Positions 37,443 through 51,930 of a stretch of 64,000 bases of DNA are shown here, piece by piece; the stretch's first letter is position 1, and each line of letters opens with the position of its first letter. The notes below the pieces were generated by a model. It ran no database searches, was not told the DNA's origin, and was given only the letters and a program-made list of their open reading frames with translations. The stretch is from Chrysomallon squamiferum (taxonomy: Eukaryota > Animalia > Mollusca): assembly GCA_012295275.1 (NCBI GenBank), contig CM022671.1, forward strand, positions 8,370,001-8,434,000. Direction: 5' to 3'. The translations under genes and the position numbers were made by a program.

Positions 37443-40400
37443 TCTTATCAAGTAATCCCAATGAAAACACATCAAAACAGATACGATATTTAGATCTAAG
37501 CACCATTTTTAGACTTAAGGAGAAAAAAAGTACTATTTCCTAGTTTCACGGAAATTCCAGACATTAATAACACACTGCTTGGTTTTGTTATTTAGAAGCT
37601 GAAAAGAAAATTCTTTTCTCTGACTGATGTGCAAATTATGGTGTGTGTTTCAGAAATGTCTCGCTTCCTTCTAGTGAAGAAAACAAACTGTATTTGTGTG
37701 CCGCAAGTCTAAGATGTGTGAAGATGAGTATTATGAAAAGCTGAATGCAGGAAAAATGAGAAATGCAATTCTCCTGCAATTAAAACATAGCACTGCACAC
37801 ATGCACACCCACGTGCATGCACACACATACACACTTGCACACAAACACACATACACACAGACACAGATACACACACATTTTCTTTTTGATTATATGTAAT
37901 TTTACAATAATGCTATGTTAAAAAAATTCCCTATTTTTCAATTTATTTATCAGATTCGTTTAAGTCATTCAGTGACATTATAAAATAATTTATAATAATA
38001 TCAGTTGTTAATGACAGTGTGTTTGACTTTTAAATTATAATTTATAATAATGATGTTAAATGTTAATGACAATAATTAATGCTACAGAAATTTAAAAAAA
38101 ATAAAATGTTTTATTAACAAAATCAAAGAATATTAATGTATATTACTAATAATAAGGAAACTAAATATTAATAATATTTAATGATATACAGAAACTAAAA
38201 AATGTTTTATTAACAAAATACTTATTGTTAATGTCAATTATTAATGAAATGATTGATAATAATAAATATTTACAATAATTAATAGTCATATATTACTAAA
38301 AAAATTGTTTTATTAACATAATCAAATAATATTAATGAATATTACTAAAAAAAACCCCACTATTTAAATGATTTATAATAAAATAGAATATTGATGTAAA
38401 TCATATGTATATTAAATATTTGATTATTCTTCATTATATGACTATTTTTTTTTCATTTACAAAATACTTCAAAAAACAAGTCAGTGACAATAAAACACTA
38501 TGTTTCATCATTTTGAAGATTTTTAAAAATAACTTTGATAGCTCTCATATATTATATTTAAAAACGTTTTACCTTCATATTTAAATCAAACAGATCAACT
38601 CCAATTTTTGATGCCATATATTTTTATGTTGTGAAAAACAGAAAAAAAAAAAAAAAAAATAACAAGCTTCACTTGGTAACAGAGCTACAATCAAAACATT
38701 TCCTATTTTTTTTCCTTCTGTTGATTAGAATTTCAAAAATAGATAAATTTTAGACCAGAAATATTCTTATTAATTCTCTTGAAGCTATACTGACAGCTGC
38801 TTTTTCCTACAATTTTTTTTAAAATTATATTTTTGTTTTATTTTTGAAAGATAAAATATGTATTTATTCTGTGTAAAATTTTGGTTTATGTCATGGTCCA
38901 GGTCTGTGTTATCAGTTCTATGCAGCATACTTTGATTTATTTTGTTTGGTGTGGATGTAGTTTTTTTTGGTATTTTTAAAAAGTTGATGTTTTTTCCAGA
39001 TTGCAGCATAATAATAAATGGCTCTAGAAAAACACAACAAAAAACTCAGTAGATGACAATGTAAACAGAATTAACTATGTAATATTTACATTAACAATTA
39101 AATCATTACATTAATCTGCTCTCTGAATAATTTTTTTTTTTTTTTTTTTTAAATAACATAAAAAAACAACCCCAACAAACTAAGAAAACAAACAAACAAA
39201 TAGCCTGAGTAAAATGAAAATGTGTTTCTATAATTTTAATAACTATTGACAGCAAAAATGTTTTTAATAGATTTAATTTGTAAAATATAATCTTACTAAT
39301 GAACTTATAAAATAAAAATTTAAATCATCTAATAGGTTTAATAATTCTTTTTTACAGATTCAATAACTGAAATGATTACCTGTCATCAGTTTTGTAGGTG
39401 ATACCTTATTTTATTACCTGTGCCACAATTCAGAAGACATTTTTTTTTATAACATTTTGCACTTTACAAATCTAGTTTACAAAATATCTTTGGTTATTAT
39501 TTTTTTTAAAGTTTATTCAAAAGTTCTGCAAGTATGGAGATTAAATTTCATTCAAATTAAAAATCCTATTTGAGAAACATATCTTTTTTTAACAACATTT
39601 TAAAGTTTCATATAAGCACGATAATTTATTTTGAACATAGCAAGGTAGAAACATTTTTTACCTGCATTTATAAATTATTTCAGCACAAAACAAGAACAGA
39701 CAGATTTTTTAATTTTTCTTTTTTTAAACTGACTTTTTAAAAAATTCTCGTTCGGTATTTTTAGAACAGGTTCCTCTTAAAGCTTGGTGATAAATTTTCC
39801 AAGATGGATTTTTATACATGAACATCACAATAAGAGTTTTATTTACTCCCTTGTGTTGACAGTGTTGTTGAATGTACAAGCAGCAGAGCTGAGATGTATG
39901 TTCTTGTTGATAGTATTTGTTTTTAAAAATTACAACTGATGCTTCTTCTGTTGTAGAAGCTGTCTGACTGTCAGTTTGAATTCTTTGCCAGCTGAATAAG
40001 ATTTTATTTTATTCATTTTCAAAATCATTTTATTCTTTCAAAATCATTTACGAATTTTAGATAAATTCTCTGCTGTTTGAATGATATTTTATTTCTTCAA
40101 AAATATATTTTTTTTTAAATAATAATATTAGGTTAATTTTCCAATGGATTCATTTTTTTTCAGTTAATAAATTCATTTTAAAATAAAATAAAATAATAAT
40201 AATAATAATTAGAAAAGTAATATTAGAAAAAAAAAAGAGAAAGAGAAACAATCATTAAAAAAATCTCAATCACTTGAAAGTAGGTTAGTTCTAAAAAAAT
40301 ATATTCTTTTTTTTTTTTTTTTATTTTACATTTATTAAAATATTACATTTCATTATAAACCATTCAGCAATTTTTAAAACCTACTGAACTGTTTTGGTTT

Positions 40401-43139
40401 GAAAAATGTTATTTACTAATTTAGATCTTCACCAAAAATAAAATTAATCATAATTTTTAGTTATTAAACAGGCTTAAACTTTGTAATTAATAAAAGATTA
40501 ATCACTTTAGAAATAGATTAAATATGTGTATGTGTTTATATCTATATATATTACTTTTTAGTTCTTTTGGCATAAAATTATTTAATAGATTTTAAGAATT
40601 ATAAAATTTATGATTTATTAATAATTCTTTGTTATAAACTATTGAAAGCATGTTAAAAAATAATATAAAATACTGAAATGTGATGCAAAATTTTTAATTT
40701 TTTAAAACAATTTTTAAGCAGAACATCTTTGATGGAAAAACAAAGACTACATTCATTATTTATGAAAAAAAAAAAAAGAAAAAAAAAAGAAAAGAAAAAA
40801 AAAAAGAAAGATGAAATACTCCAAAATGCCAGTTTCAAACATTCTTCCACTGAAATATTAATCAATTAATTAGGACACATTCATTACACTGTGATCAGCA
40901 TGTTGTATGGAGATAAGCTGTAGCAATCCACACAGATGAAAAAACACATACATAATTATGGGTTACTTATTGGAACCAGAAATTGTTAAGGCATGCAAAA
41001 AGAAGATTTGATCTTGTTACTTGTCACATCTGAAACCAGGGTTCTAACTTACTTAACTACAAACTATAACTAAATATAGTTTTTACTAAAATCATGCAGG
41101 AATACATCTTTATATCTGAAAATCATTTAAAAGTTGTTTGTTTGGTGGAGTTGATTTTTTCTTGCTTGTTTCTTGTGGGTTCTTTTTATATGATTTGTTT
41201 TACTTTATGACAATTTAGGTGTTGTCAAATTGTTCATTATGGTAACTCACATGTTGAATAATTATCTAGTGTTAAAAACATTTCACAAGAACGACCTACT
41301 CTCACTCAAAGAGTTGAATGCTATCAGTTACCTTGCACTCTGCAGTCCAAATAAACAGAAAAATTATTCCATAATGTTAGCCTATCGAGATTCTGGTAAT
41401 AAAAAATAAAAATTATACAGAAGATGATATCTCAGTTGAAATTCTTGTCAAGAATGTACACAAATCCCCAGTGAATGGCCTTTAATGCTTTTTTCCTAAA
41501 GCTCAATATCATAGCAAGTGCACCTTTGCCTTGAAAAGGTTAACTGTGTTCAGAACTGATGAAGATCAATCGGAGTCCACTACTCTGGTACTTTTGAGCC
41601 GAAGGTTTCCGTGGCACCTGTGTATACAAAATTACCTGTAACGTTTTCACCCACACAGACAACAGCAGTGGAATCCAAATAAAAACCCATCAGTAACTCT
41701 TAATCCATTTCTATTACACAACACTTAGGCTAAATGAAGATGGTGTTAAACTACGTACCTGTGAGAGATGAGACCGTTACAATTCCTCGTGGGGTAAAAC
41801 AACAGTTGTGTTTTGCCAAACAGAGGAAGAAATTCCAAGTAGCAGATTGCCTCTGGTGAAAGTTGTCCCAAGAACTCAAGCCTGTTAGTTAGGAAGAGCA
41901 TCACAGACTTGGAATAAACTCAGGCTGGCTGAAAACATTCTCTGTTTCAGGGGGGTATATACAAGGATGCTGCAATACTAGATCTATTTTTACAAACCTG
42001 CTGTCTGTAAATATCCACAAGCAGTATTTAACTGATGTCGACTTTGTTTTAATTTTCACATTAAAACCAGAATTTATGTTAAAACATCTCTGCAGTAGAA
42101 GAGTAAATTAATTCACAGAACCTTGACAGGGCCTCAGATACATTTTGCAGGAATATGGAGATGCCACTTGCACAGGTAAATCCTGCAATAAATATAGCTT
42201 CCAGAGAAAACGAGACCCCCAGTTTCACAAGATGGAAACCATCTTCCCCTGCGGGCAATAACCAGTCACAGAAATTTAAAAAAAAAACTGAAACTTGTCT
42301 GCAGTTATCTCTTGTTAATAACAGAACAGAATTTGTGGGGGTGGGAGGCAGGTATTTCTCTGAGGTAAATGTGTGTAGATTAAAAGCTCAGGTGATAATT
42401 TTACTAATGGAGTTGTAACAGGTACAACAGCTATAAGAGAAACTTCCTAACAGGTTTCAAGTGCTGTGCATGTAGTTTGTTTCAAAATGCTGAAAGCTGA
42501 AACAAGTGTCGTTATCAAAGGTGAAACTCACAGAACAAGGAAACACAAGGAAGTAATATATTTATAAAATAAATAAAAAAATAAACTTGTTTTCTTTTTT
42601 CATTCTTTGATTTCTGTGTAAGCCAAATATATAAAGGCAGGAACAAGAAAGCACTGGGATATATTTTTAAAAAAATTTAAATAATAAAATAAACATGGTT
42701 AATTCTTTGATTTCTTCATAAGCAAAATATATAATGGTTTGATAGGGATACTGGATTGTGAAAAACACATGATAATATTTTTAACAGATAAATGAAATAA
42801 CTAGAACAGAAAATTAAATGAATAAAGAGTTAAATATGTTAACAAAATATTCCTCAGATTTAAATTTAACTGTACTATGAGATCTCTTCACAAGATGTGC
42901 AGGTAAATAATATTTTTATATTTTGAAATGGTGCTAAAACAGGTAATCCTTTTATTAATGTTTCTTTTAACAAGTACAACATGGAGAAATTTGCTCAACA
43001 GGTTTCAAGAGGTGTACATGCATTTTTATTAAAACTTGTATTAAGAAATGACTCAAGTATGATTATAGTACAGTACAGCCCACCAAAGATGCAAACACGA
43101 GATATCATATTAAAACTTAGAAATACAACTGAGGCAGGG

Positions 43140-43560
43140 ATATTTAAAAAAAAGTAATAATTTTATAATAAAGATATTTAAAAAAGGTTATTTAAAAAAG
43201 TAATAATTTTATAATAAAGTTATTTTAATTTTATATTAAAAGGCTATTTAAAAAGTAATAATTTTTTTTATTTTAATTTTTTATTAATAAGGTTATTTAA
43301 AAAAGAAGTAATTTATAAATACAAGGCTATTTAAATGAGGAATAAGTAATAATTTTAGCAGTGAAGTTGTTTAAAAAGGCTTACAAACTGACTAACAATG
43401 CAATTTAAAAAGATAATATGATTTTTCTAATGAAGCTATTTTTAATAATTGTACAAAATATGAAGTTTAAAAAGGTTACAATTTTACTAACCATGCTGTT
43501 TAAAAGGGAAACTTAATATTACTAATAAGGTTGTTTTTGAAAAAAGTAATAATTTTACTG
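43140..43560. repeat. Degenerate AT-rich ~35-bp tandem repeat
   Basis: Recurrent taaaaaagtaataattttataataaag/ggttattt-like units. Confidence 0.55.
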
Positions 43561-44668
43561 CTGATACTTTCTAACAGAAAATGATTCAAGAGGTTTTAAG
43601 TGGAAAACATTTATTTTTTATTAAAAGATGTATTGAGAAGCTCTTTGAAAACCAAAGCACATACAATAAGTACAGAAAAATACGTTAATAAAATAAATAA
43701 AGTTGAAAAAGCAGTAATGAAAAGATGAAACAAGTAATTGTCTACTTGAAGTTCTTCACAGATTTAAACTCAAGTCATGTACAGACACTCATTAACATTT
43801 ATAAAAGAGGTCAAAACCATTGTTACAACTATCTATTATTAAAAGTATCAATTTATTATGGTGTGCATTTCAACCTGTTTTTGTTATATATTTTTTTATT
43901 ATTATTTTTTTTTTTTTTTTTTTTTTTTTTTAAGTCTGCTTATTTTGTGGAAAAATAAACAGAAGGTATTAAATTTTTTTTTTTTTTTAAAAATCAGAAA
44001 GAAAAAGATTACATTTCTGTGATCTTCCAAACATTTTAAAACCCATATTATAAAACAGACAGGAAACACATTAGACACACATTAAAAGAAAACTTCCTAT
44101 TGGTGCAAAGACCAGAAACACTTAAATCTCATATTTGCAAATTTCAAGTTGAAAAAGAAAGAAGGAGAAGAAAAAAGGAAAGGTTTTGATATTTTTTTAA
44201 TTCATGACTAATTTTCTTTGTAGAACTGAAGTGATAACCCACATTATCAAGTATAAAATTAATGTACTGACTGCTGTGAACACTGAACTCATTCTATCCT
44301 TGTCTGACAGTTTAAAATATTTTATTATCCAACTGTCACCAACTCTATACCTTATAAAAAGCAATCAAAGCTGGGGGAAAACAACTGAAAAGTATATAAT
44401 TATTTCAAAACAGAAAAAAAAAAAATTAAATAATTCAAAGAGGTGTTAAAATAAAAAAGAAATCATTGTCACTTTTTCTATTTCTCTGTAAGCAAAACTT
44501 TATTTCAGACACAAGTAGTTTATATGTGAGAGAAAGTAAATGTATAAAGTAATGTTAGCTGTACTTAACTGAGGTGAAAGAAGAAATGTTTTAATCTTTT
44601 GTTTAGCAGAATGTTTAGTATACTGGTACATGGTATCACACAAACAGTTAAATACTTGCAAATGTGTG

Positions 44669-44765
44669 GAGAAAGGAAACCTGCTGCTGTTAATGGCTAC
44701 TCATTTTTGTTTAATTAGCAGCTAGGAATACTTTATATGTACCATCCCATAGACAGGAAAACACA
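44669..44765. mobile_element. Degenerate SINE-like interspersed repeat (copy 1)
   Basis: gagaaaggaaacctgctgctg..ggctactc..ttagcagctagg..tttatatgtaccatcccatagacagg. Similar in reverse complement to 46064-46200, and resembles from memory an abundant gastropod repeat (unverified). Confidence 0.45.
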
Positions 44766-45382
44766 AGCAATGTTGAATTTCAGATTTTTCATACAAGAAG
44801 AAAGATATAAAAGAGAACAAGTGATTAGCTAAACAAGTGATAATTAGAGTGCAGTATTACTTCTGACACACCACTATGAACTTAAGAAGCAATATGCTGA
44901 ATTATTTCATTAGCTATAAGAGATGATGTATGTTCAAGACAGTCCATACCCAACATCTTTGAATGTACCAGGTTCTGCTCATTGGTTAAATTAGGGGATA
45001 ACATGGCCCATTAGACCAAATAGTGGTTTTAACATTGGCCTACAAACTTTGATTTGATTTTTTGAAAAAAAGTAATTAAAAAAAATATTGGATATTATCT
45101 TTGCATTTCTGTAAGTGGACATTCAGCAAAATGGCTACAATATTTCAAATCAGTATAAAGATGAGAAAAGCTGTTTTATATTATGTACAAATGTTAGCTG
45201 ATAAAAGAAAACAAAACCTGTTTGTTCATCTATGCTATTCAGTATGAGGTAACACAAAAATTTGAATAAAAAAATAAGAAAAAAGAAAGAAAAAAGGATG
45301 TGGTAACACCAATTTATTTTTTTATTTTTTTGGTTTTAACAAAAAGTATTTCTTCTTTTATACCATTCAGGATGAAAAAACA

Positions 45383-45418
<36 letters not shown>

Positions 45419-45434
45419 TTCTGGATGTGGTAAC

Positions 45435-45466
<32 letters not shown>

Positions 45467-46063
45467 GGATTTGTTCTTTCATATCCTTCTGGATGAGGTA
45501 AGAGAAGACTACTAAAAAGCCTGGTTAACACTCAGTGAAGCCTCTAAGTGTATTCAGTCTGTGTGCTTTTCCTCAGCCAGAGATGGGTCAGCAGACAGCT
45601 CTGACACTGGGTTCATGCCTGTCTGCGTGCACATCACATCTGGTAAATCATAAGCCACATGGGTACACACAACATAATGCAACTATAAGAGAGATTCCTG
45701 TGGCTGCATACCAGCATAATTGAACAGATTTTTGAATGCCACATTCACTTCAACCTTACACACAGATGTTTACATACAGGCCCTTCTCAATTAGGTGCCA
45801 ATACTGCTTCTATCACTGGTGATGATGAATACTGCATATTCTGCAAAAAGCACTGATGCACTGACATATGGTCATCACTCAAAGTAAAAATAAGAATGGC
45901 ATCAACCAGCAGACATCATTTTGTGTCTATTTTCAACTCTTACTGTTTGCTTCAGGCTTCTCTGGGTTCTTATTAGGCTATTTCCCTTGACCAGTTTATC
46001 AAAAAAATCTATTGTTATGTGCTTTCGTGTACATGGAAGGAACCTGTAAAAGATGCAGTTCTG

Positions 46064-46200
46064 CTACTGAAAAAGAGTAACCCTCTTAAATGACTGCTGT
46101 GAGTTTAATCTCTCACAATCTGCCTGCTTCTTAATCATATATTATTTACATTACATAACATAGATAAAAATTAACTGAATACTTCTTTAAATAAAACCTA
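46064..46200. mobile_element. Degenerate SINE-like interspersed repeat (copy 2, opposite orientation)
   Basis: taaaagatgcagttctgctactgaaaaagagtaaccc...gtttaatctctc aligns loosely with the reverse complement of 44669-44740. Confidence 0.4.
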
Positions 46201-46663
46201 TCTTTCTTCATACTTTGAAACAGTACCAAATGATTTTTTTCCAGTTCCAACCAGAACTCCCTCATCCACCATGTTAAAGACTACTCCAGAAATGTGATAT
46301 ATCGGCCAGTAATCCAGCACAGCAGTTCTGAATGGCAGTTACAGATTGTTAAAAATGTCAGGAGAGAAAACACAGTGAAAATGGTGGCTGTTAAAGTGAT
46401 ATGAAGTAATGGAGAAAGGTCAAACAGGCATGGTGTGTATGAACAACAGAGGAGAGTTGTAAAATATCAAGGCTGATTTGTACTATAATGCACTCATAAA
46501 CAACTTTAAACAAATGTGGACTGGTGGAAAACACATTTCATTTATAAGGTTATCTGCGATGAAATAAAGATCATACAATATAAAGCTAACCAGTAACTCT
46601 GAACAAAACAAACAGAAACAAATAAACAATAAAAGTTTTTTTTTTAAACATTATACCAAAAAT

Positions 46664-46700
<37 letters not shown>

Positions 46701-48064
46701 CAATAGTAATAATAAAAAATAATAATTATAATAAAATAATGATGATTAGATGATAATAGTGACAATAATACTAATAAATAATAATAATCATTGCATGATG
46801 TACCTGTTTTAAATGATAAATGCTGAACTTCATTAGAAAGTGGTTATATTTTCTGAATAATTCTTTCCCTACTGTAGTGATAATACAATAAAGTTAACTG
46901 TTGTTGAACTTAATCAAGACATGCAAGACATACACTGTGTGTGTTCACCTCTGCTATTCAGTATGCAGCAAGCACTGCTTAATTTAAATTTAACTTGGTA
47001 ATTATTTCATCAAAATTCACCACACTTTCATTCAAAGCTGCTCTGACAGGTGATGCAATGGATAATTTGCCCTCAAGCAGAGTTCCAAGGATTAAATTAG
47101 GATAATTAATTACATAAAGTGTTGATCTGTGAAAAATCATTAACTCACTCTTGTGGGCCTTGTAATGAATATTTACAAGTCCACACTTCCAGGTATATCT
47201 TATTCTTTACAAATTAGATTTTCTTTAAATTTAAAGCCTCTTTGTTCAAAGGTGCAGTGACATGCTGTGTTGTGGATTATTTGTTTTCAAACAGTATCTT
47301 TAGTGTGCAATGGATTTAGCATGAAAAAATGCATTGAAAAGTGTGGATCAGTGAATAATAATTAACTCCTGCATGCTTTGTAATAATTATTCACATGTAG
47401 ATATTTCCATGCAGATTAATATTTTGTTACAAATGTAATGTTCTTGAAATTTAATATTCTGTGTTATGAATTATTTCTTCTTAATGCATTAAAAATGGAT
47501 TATTTTTTTCACAGATTTCTACACTGACTTAACAATTTGTTCTAGCTTCTGGGGAGCATATTTTGGCATTCAGTGAAGAAGAAGAAGAAGAGATATTTGT
47601 TTTACATAATAATGATTATTTTCTTCAACTCGACTGCAGTTTCAATCAAAGTAGCAGTGATGTGCAATAAACAGGAAACTGCACTGGAAAGTGTGGAAAT
47701 GTGAAAAACAATTATCTCATTCCTTTCATGACTCAACAGTTATTTTTCACTATCCCATAATTCCATCCACATTCTTCTGTATACAAGATTAATAATTTCA
47801 TTCAAATTAATAGCAGGTTTTTTTTTTAACAAAATGTTCTATTAAGCAACATGTCAAGTGATAACTGAAAAGAGGAACGCACTAAAAAAGCATGGATTTG
47901 TGTACAATAACAATCCCATCCCTAGTGGGTGCATCCATTATTATTATTTTTTTTTTACAAATCAGCACAACCTTGTACATTCTTCAGTGCATAAATATTC
48001 AATCTTTTATAAAAATTCATTGCACTTTTATGTTTATTTATCTATAACAAGCAAACAACCATCG

Positions 48065-48106
<42 letters not shown>

Positions 48107-50153
48107 GCAGTATGTTGTTGAAAAACCTGTGTACTGTTTGTTTGCAAATAATGCTTATCAGGTGTGTATTATCATGCAGTATTCCACACCAGTGATATCA
48201 CACTGAACTAGTCACCCCCACAAGAATCTCAGTTATCACAGGTTATACTGCACGAGGAATCTAACGTTCACTTTCTTGGTTTCTTTTCTTTTAAAAGAGC
48301 AAATTAGAGAAGTGTCTGGCTATTTAGACACTTTGTCACTCACCACTTCGGTTAATGGCACAGAGTTTGCACTGAAGGTGTCAGAGGTCAAGTGTTTTGA
48401 AGGCCTTCATTAATTTACCTGTCAACATTTTTTAAATTTTATTTATTTTTCATATTTTTCATATTTTTTTCCTTTTTTGCACATAAATGTCAGTAATAAC
48501 CTCCACTTTTAAACATATACACTAAAAATGTGTGTATGCAAGTGTATATGTATATGTCTTTTTATGTGTGTGTCTGCTTGGATGTATGGATGTATGTATG
48601 TATATATGTTTGTAGTTGTGTATATGTTAGCTGTGTATGTATTTATGTGTAATTGTGTGTATGTTTATATGGAAAAAAATGTATTTGCATCTATATATGT
48701 ATATGTGTGTGTGTGTTGGTGTCTGTGAAAATGTATCTGTATGTATGCACGTAAGAGCATATTTTAAAATTATTTAATCATTTTTTAAGAAGACAATTTC
48801 TATTTTTACTTGATTCACCCGTCTTTAATTCAGTGCATTCTGTGATCTAAATACTTTCCTGTAATCATTTTATTTTTTTTATTATTATTTTTTTTCTATT
48901 ATTATGCATTAATATTTATAACTCATTTGTTAACCACAAAATGTCTGACTGTTTTGCTTTCTTGTTGCAGACATCAGTATTAGAATTTAAAAACTCAATT
49001 AGAATACACTGCAGGTGCATGCTTGACCACCATGAACAACATCAACTTACAAACATTATTAAATCAGCAGATTTTAAAATGAATCATAATCTCACCCTTA
49101 ATAACATTCCTTATCTCTACCCTCCTTGTACTGAAGTTTAAATCTTCATATAAATCAAATGAATTTAATAAAATTCAAAACATTCTTTTTAACTTTGATT
49201 GTTTTTTTTGTTGTTGTTTTAATTTTTAATTTTTTAAATAATTTTAAGTTTTTAGAAAAGTAACATAAATATTTCAACTGGAATTTTTTTTTTTTTTAAA
49301 CTGACAAAACAACAACATCATTAAGTCACAAATTATATCCAGAGTCATTAGCAACTGGCACTAATGTACATAATTATTTCTGCAATAACCCTGGGATCAA
49401 GTCTAGATGCTAACAATAAGACAAAACTTTATATGGAAAGCAGCAGTATTGCCGCCTTCTGCCAGAGGTACATGCATGGTGTATATGTATATATAGTATT
49501 CTCGTTTCCATGGAAACTGTCTGGTGTTGTTTTCAGATGTAGATAAACGATTATTTACCCGAAATACTTTGGCTACTGCCCCATGTAGCATTGTGCACTA
49601 GTGGTCCCTGGCGTTTGTTACCTTTGCCATTTCAGCAGGAATCTCCGCAGAGTTCCCACGCTCTGTACAAAGAGGAAGACCTGCCGAATCTGGAATCTTT
49701 TCAAGATGGAGAAATAACGAGCATCAGACACAAATATTACCTCACAGCTGGGTTGGAACTGAATAACTGTACATGAATATTTATTTCATTTTATTTATTT
49801 GTTTGTTTGTTTGTTTGTACATGAATATTTATTAATTTATTTGTATTTGTTTATTGTGCAGTCTTAGGAAAGCCAACTGCAGGTTCTGCATTATAATGGG
49901 GAAATGATAATAATAAGCACAAAGATCCCTACAGTGCTGAAAGACATTATTATACAGTGAATTATGTATCAGGTCTTTCATTAGCTAAAGTATGCTTGTT
50001 ATGTCCCAGCACAAATTTTTCTGAATTGCATATAGTTTTCTTTTTCTGAACTAAGAAATACACTTGTTATAACACTAATGTTTTCTAAGAGGATAAAAAT
50101 GAGAGAGAAGGAAAAAATAAACTAAAGTAGAAACAAAATTAAAGAAGGATAGA

Positions 50154-50160
<7 letters not shown>

Positions 50161-50216
<56 letters not shown>
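50161..50216. repeat. (GA)n microsatellite
   Basis: Directly visible. Confidence 0.97.
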
Positions 50217-50218
<2 letters not shown>

Positions 50219-51399
50219 TTCATACTTTTCTTTATACAATTGATAATGCCCTGTTTCCCCCAATGTTTTGTTAAATATCTTATCATTACATTTTAAGGAT
50301 TTTTTCATATAAAAGTAACTGCCTTTCCATTTAACTTATTTAGATCATCACAAAGCAGGAAAATAAAATGATATGATACAATCACTGGCTAGTTTACACT
50401 CTTATCTAGATTGTTAAATCAACAGGGCTTGGCAGCTTTTGAAGCAGTGAACAACCACAGAAAAGAAAGGATGAAACAATCTTAAATAAACAAAAGTTTC
50501 TTTTCATCTAAAATTCTTTTTTTCAGCTTTCTCCATTCTTTGATCATTTATAATCATAATGTTTTTGTTCTGGACAATCACCAACAGTAGTCTGTGATAA
50601 TAATGACTGGTTTATGCTCATTAGATGATGTCCACTTTATCTAGTATCTTCAGAAACTGATTACATTTTGATAACCTCAACTTCTAAGGTTTTGTAATCT
50701 ATGAAAAAAAATACAGTGCATGCTTTTTTCTTTTCTTATTTTGTTAACTGTCACATTCATGTGTGTATAAACATTTACATACACCCACACCTCACATATA
50801 TACACTCTGTCACACCTTATTAAGAAAATTGAAAAATGACTCATTCAAATGTAAACCAAGATTATATACACACACATAAACATTAACATATTCATATGCA
50901 CATATACTCGTACATACAAGTACACACAGTCACACTTATATAGACACAACACTCAATCACACTCAAATACTGACATAATTATTGTTGCATATACAAACAT
51001 TGACATACAATTACATTTAGATATACTTAGACTAATACATACTTAAAAAAGTCATCCAACTAACTGAAATCACCAAACATACACATTGTCATGTCCATGA
51101 AAATATCCATACAAACACAAATCAATATATGATTAACATTTACTCACACCCTGCTAATCAAATAAAAAATCATCAAATCATAATCAGTTACAGTTGATAA
51201 AAACCAGTAAGTAATATTATAATTATAAACATGAATATTCTGCTGTCACATTCTTGGAGACAGATCAGTTTTAACACAGATTATCTCCTTTATTGTTCTA
51301 TTTTCTGGGGGACTTGCTGAAAGCATTTACACTGAAACAAATTCAGTAAATTTAATACAAGCTATACCCTACGTTGGTCTGTTTTATATCCAAAGAGTC

Positions 51400-51930
51400 C
51401 ATCTGCTGTCTACTTGTTAAAAAAAACCTGACACAGAAACAAATTTAACAATTTAACACAGATTTATTCCTATGTTGTTCTGTTAAGTGTCATATTTTCT
51501 GTTTACTTGTTAAAAATCCTAAAATTGATAGTAAAAATAAAGTTTAGAAATTTTAACACAAATAAAGTTACAAACCACACTGTTGTTTTACATGTAAAAC
51601 CAGTCTATTTACAGTCAACTTCTTAAAAAAATAGATAAAAAAATAAAAAAACATAAGTTTAATCATGTTAACCATTGTTGTGTAACCAGTCTATTTTCAG
51701 TCTACTTAAAAAAAAAAAAAAAAAATTGTTTAATAATTTTAACAGAATTTATTACATCCCCATTGTTGTATTAAATTTAAAACCAGTTTATTTTCTGTGT
51801 ACTTTAAAAAAAAAAAAAAAAAAAAAAAAATCTACTATGAAATGAGTTTAATAATTTTAACAACAAATTATGTTACTGTTGTAACACGTCAAACCAGTCT
51901 GTTTTCAGTCTGCTTATTAAAAAAAGATAA
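51400..51930. repeat. Degenerate ~100-bp tandem repeat array
   Basis: Recurrent aaccagt(c/t)t(a/g)ttttc(a/t)gt(c/g)t(a/g)ctt followed by poly-A and tttaataattttaaca, near 51598, 51684, 51781 and 51892. Confidence 0.65.
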
